From Octopus sinensis (taxonomy: Eukaryota): a DNA stretch of 64,000 nucleotides. The position numbers and the translations under genes were made by a program. Positions 60,381 to 64,000 of the stretch are shown piece by piece. The stretch spans positions 28,024,001 through 28,088,000 of the forward strand of contig NC_043009.1 in the NCBI RefSeq assembly GCF_006345805.1, written 5' to 3'. The notes under the pieces were generated by a model that did not search any database, was not told the origin of the DNA, and saw nothing but the letters and a program-made list of their open reading frames with translations. Within the stretch, counting starts at the first letter, position 1, and each line of letters begins with the position of its first letter.

Positions 60381-60879
60381 CCAGTAGTAGTAATAGTAGT
60401 AGTCTAGGAGAATGCACTGTAACAGCAGTGCATCTCTGCATCCAATATTTGTTGGTGATTCCCTACACCTGTCAGGCGACGCCTTTGCACTGGTCAGGTG
60501 ACAACCCACCAACTTATGGGTCTGTTTGGGTGGTCATTGTTGGAGAGGGTTAATGAGGCTCTTTTAGGTGCCTCATTTTATATCCTTGAATTCTGGATAT
60601 GTAATATAAGAAAGCCAGTGGCTGGGTAGGGAGAAAGTATATACACAATGCACTACTCATTACATGAGACTCAATGCTCACTGCCAGAGCTCACAGTGAA
60701 CTGCCTACCAACCTGAAATGCCAATCGCTCACAGTTCTTTAATTTATGACAACGAGCCAGTTCACCTTTTAGTCACTTGGAAAATGGTTGGAATCCTTCC
60801 ACACCACTTCTAAAAAATACAGAGGACATGAGGGCACATGTTGGGTCTATTCTTTGACATGACAGTCTCCACACACAAA

Positions 60880-61000
60880 GAACTAGAGCAATGAGAAATG
60901 AAGTATTTTGTTCAAGTACACAACACATCGCCCAGTCTGGGAATTGAACCCACAATTTTATGATGATGAGTGCAACACCCTAACCACCAGGCCATTCACC
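60880..61000 (-). mobile_element. SINE family C, head
   Basis: ctgggaattgaacccac..gagtgcaacaccctaaccaccaggcc. Confidence 0.7.
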
Positions 61001-61019
61001 TTCATAATTTAAAACTATT

Positions 61020-61218
61020 AAGGGGGGGGGGCAGGAAAGTTCTTGGCTTTCAGTAAAAGAAAATATAGGAGGATCAATTAAGATTTTATTCAACATATTC
61101 CCCCCTCAGATTCACACATTTATTGCAGCAGTTCTTCAGTTTTTCTAAGCCCTTTAAAAGAACATGGAAGTTTGGGCCTCCAGCCAGTCTTTTTGCGATA
61201 CCCTTAAAACCAGGAACT
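61020..61218. mobile_element. Mariner-type MITE, degenerate
   Basis: gaaagttcttggcttt and aaaaccaggaact form an inverted pair near the two ends. Confidence 0.5.
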
Positions 61219-61285
61219 TGTATATGTGAATGGAAAAGGGTATATGTTAATAGAATATTGTTTTCTTTTAAAGATATATAGGTTA

Positions 61286-61522
61286 CAGTTCTGTATTTAA
61301 GAGATGAGAAATTATGTACATTATTATGGGCATATGGCGTATTTAGGGGCATATGGCATAGTGGTTAAGAGCGCAGGCTACTAACCTCAAGATTACGAGT
61401 TTGATTCCAGGCAGTGACCTGAATAATAATAATAAAAGTAATAATTTTAACATCAGAAAAATATCTTAGGAATGAGAACTCAGGTTCGAAATTTCCCCAA
61501 GACACATGATGAAGGCTGGAGG
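61286..61522 (+). mobile_element. Penelope-like terminal repeat with inverted tail at its 5' junction
   Basis: 61286-61325 is the reverse complement of the repeat's 3' end; 61328-61522 is the tRNA-like head, (TAA)n and gacacatgatgaaggctggagg (truncated). Confidence 0.8.
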
Positions 61523-61703
61523 CTCAGGAAAGGCTTTCAGCTGTGAAGAAATCTGTTTCAATGCGTTCTATCTGACCCATGCAAACATGGTAAAGTGAAT
61601 GTAAAAACGACGATGATGATGATGACAATGACTTTGATGAAGGTGATGATGTTGATGATGACGATGATTATGATGATGATGATGGTGGTGGTGGTGGTGA
61701 TGA

Positions 61704-61737
<34 letters not shown>

Positions 61738-62225
61738 GGAGATGATATTAGTCTTATGAATCAGAAAATCCTTTCCAATCTTCCCTTCACAGTGCATGGA
61801 ACTAAGTTTGATAAAAAAAAAAAGAAAAAATACAGAAAGAGAAATTAATCTTTGAGACTAAATATTTAACAAGCAAATTCTATATTTGTAGGAACCATAT
61901 TCCTATTGATTTTTCTTTATTGCTATCAGAAGTGAGAACTATAAAGGTGATTGGTTAGTGCTCAGTGTTGGCATTTCTTGCTGATAGAAAATATTGGTTT
62001 GTACTCCATCTGACAGACAACAACAACAAGATGATCAATGGAAGCTTTGCAAGAGAACTTTACAACAATTAAGTTTTATAATTTTTTTTTTTTAGATATT
62101 ATGACCTTCGGCAGTTCATAAACGCATGGAAGTGGTGGAGTGATGTTTCGAAAAATTCTTTGTATTTTGATTCCTTTTAAGTTTGCTTCATTCTTGTAAT
62201 ATCTGATTATTTTGTTTCTTGTGAA

Positions 62226-62548
62226 GGGCATGTAGCTAAGTGGTAAGGACGTTTGGCTCATGATCTTAAGGCCTTGAATTCGATGCCTGGTAGCACATTG
62301 TGTTCTGTCACAAGATGCTTTATTCCACATCACTCCAGTTTCACTCAGCTGGCAAAAATAAGTTGTACCTGTAATTCAAAGGGGCCAACCTTGTTACACT
62401 CTGTGTCACACTGAAATCTCCTTCAGAACTACATTAAGGGTACACATGTCAGTGGATCTCTCAGTTACTTGCATATTAATTTTATGAACAGTCTATTCTG
62501 TTGATCAGATCAATTAGGACCCTCATTTTCGTAGCTGACTGAGTGCCC
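62226..62548 (+). mobile_element. SINE family C, full length
   Basis: gtagctaagtggtaagg A-box-like and gaattcgatgcc B-box-like head; body shared with 1087-1394. Confidence 0.8.
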
Positions 62549-62639
62549 ATTTATTTTCATTCCTCATTATTTTGTGTTTCTTTCTTCCCGATTAACCTCT
62601 GTTAAAGCATTTATTTTTTATAACTTCAATTACTCTCTT

Positions 62640-63035
62640 TTACTTGGTTCAGTCATTTGACTGTGGCCATCCTGGAGCACCACTTTTAGTCGAGGAAATC
62701 GACCCCAGGACTTATTCTTTGGAAGCCTAGTACTTATTCTATCAGTCTCTTTTGCCGAACCGCTAGGTTATGGGGACGTAAACAAACCAGCATCACTTGT
62801 CAAGCGATTTTGGGAAGGACAAACACAGACACACAAACACACACACACACATATATACATATACATATATACGACAGACATCTTTCAGTTTCCATCTATC
62901 AAATCCACTCACGAGGCTTTGGTCAGCCCAAGGCTATAGTAGAAGACACTTGCCCAAGATGCCACACAGTGGGACTGAACCGGGAACCATGTGGTTGGTA
63001 AGCAAGCTACTTACCACACAGCCACTCCTGCGCCT
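62640..63035 (-). mobile_element. SINE family B, full length, low divergence
   Basis: Cleanest family B copy, CpGs largely retained (tagtcgaggaaatcgacccc, ttgccgaaccgctagg, cctgcgcc). Confidence 0.9.
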
Positions 63036-63111
63036 CTTAGAAATATTGTGATAAATGTTATTTTGGGGGTGTTTATAAAATGGCCTTTATTGATTATATT
63101 TGAGAAAGTGT

Positions 63112-63555
63112 GAGGTTTTGTCTTGGAGAAAAATTTCTCCTGTTACACTTGCTGTGTTATTACACATTGAGATGAGCTGCAAGTGATATCATTGGATCAA
63201 CAGACATACTGTTTCAGCATAATTTCACATCCTCAGTGGTGGCACTACCTCAGTCATTTGGTGCCAGCCCTGAGCTATTTTGAATTCAACTGCTTTGAGT
63301 ACTTATACATAATCAGTTCTAGCTTAACAAGGTGGAACAAATGCAAGATAGTATTTTTTTTTGTTTTTTATTTTCTATATTGGATGTAGCTCTGGCATAA
63401 CTTTAAATGACTGAGGTGTGTATCTACAACTGATGTGGTGAAATTATGTCAAAACATAGGATCTGGTGGTCTGCTGATGTCATTTGGGGTTTGACTCAAT
63501 GTAATTTTACAAACAATGTCAATAGAAAAGAGTTTTTTCTCCAAGACAAAATTCC
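63112..63555. repeat. Long degenerate inverted repeat (arms about 63112-63267 and 63392-63555)
   Basis: Perfect 18-bp ttttgtcttggagaaaaa pair plus collinear acattgag, cataatttcac, cctcagtcattt and tgccag blocks. Confidence 0.75.
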
Positions 63556-64000
63556 ACTAAGGCTGTCTTTCATGTTCTAGTCTACAATAATATTACAAAT
63601 AAATGAATACATCATTATTTTGATTGTCTGTGCTTCGTGTGCTTATACTACCATTTAAAATTTGTTGTACAAAATAGCAGACAAGATCAAGTTGACAATG
63701 TAAAACAAATCTTCCAGTGTAATAACTTCAGTGCAAAACAAGTTTCAGTGAGCTGATTTATAAAAATACAAGTTTAGTAGAATATATTTATTCCACAGAG
63801 ACAATATTAAACAAATAAATCTGTTGATTTCCAAAATTTTCATAGAATAATGTGATTCAGCACCAAAGATTTTCTATTCAAATTTATGAGATTCACTGAA
63901 CACCATCAAACATGTCCAGATGGCTATTATCTCATGCAGTCAAAACTTCTGCTTTCTGCTTCAGAGTATTTTTTTTGTTTTTTATTTTCTATATTGGATG

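Overview
AT-rich, microsatellite-saturated animal genomic DNA. The SINE, MITE and LINE families present and the density of (TA)n/(CA)n/(TAA)n/(GATA)n tracts suggest a coleoid cephalopod, probably Octopus. This is inference; no database search was run. I could not recognise any intact host protein-coding gene, and almost all ORFs in the supplied track are microsatellite translations. Most of the window is mobile-element debris: three tRNA-type SINE families (about 40 copies, called A, B and C here), RTE and CR1-type LINE 3' ends, R4/Dong-type RLE LINE ends sitting in (TAA)n, Penelope-like GIY-YIG fragments, an internally deleted mariner with both TIRs, a Helitron 3' end, and TTAA-, TA- and 8-bp-TSD MITEs. 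The most interesting signal is a Penelope-like terminal repeat seen at three loci. It joins the GIY-YIG ORF end to a tRNA-like A/B-box module, a (TAA)n tract and a minimal hammerhead-like motif, and at 20.2-22.1 kb its internal (TAA)n has absorbed four further insertions. Other leads are a 555-bp ORF-less (TAA)n-flanked element, a pre-miRNA-sized hairpin, several near-identical local duplications that may be assembly stutters, and speculative minus-strand exons, including a possible 71-aa secreted Cys-rich peptide. Boundaries of degenerate repeats are approximate (about +/-10-20 bp).
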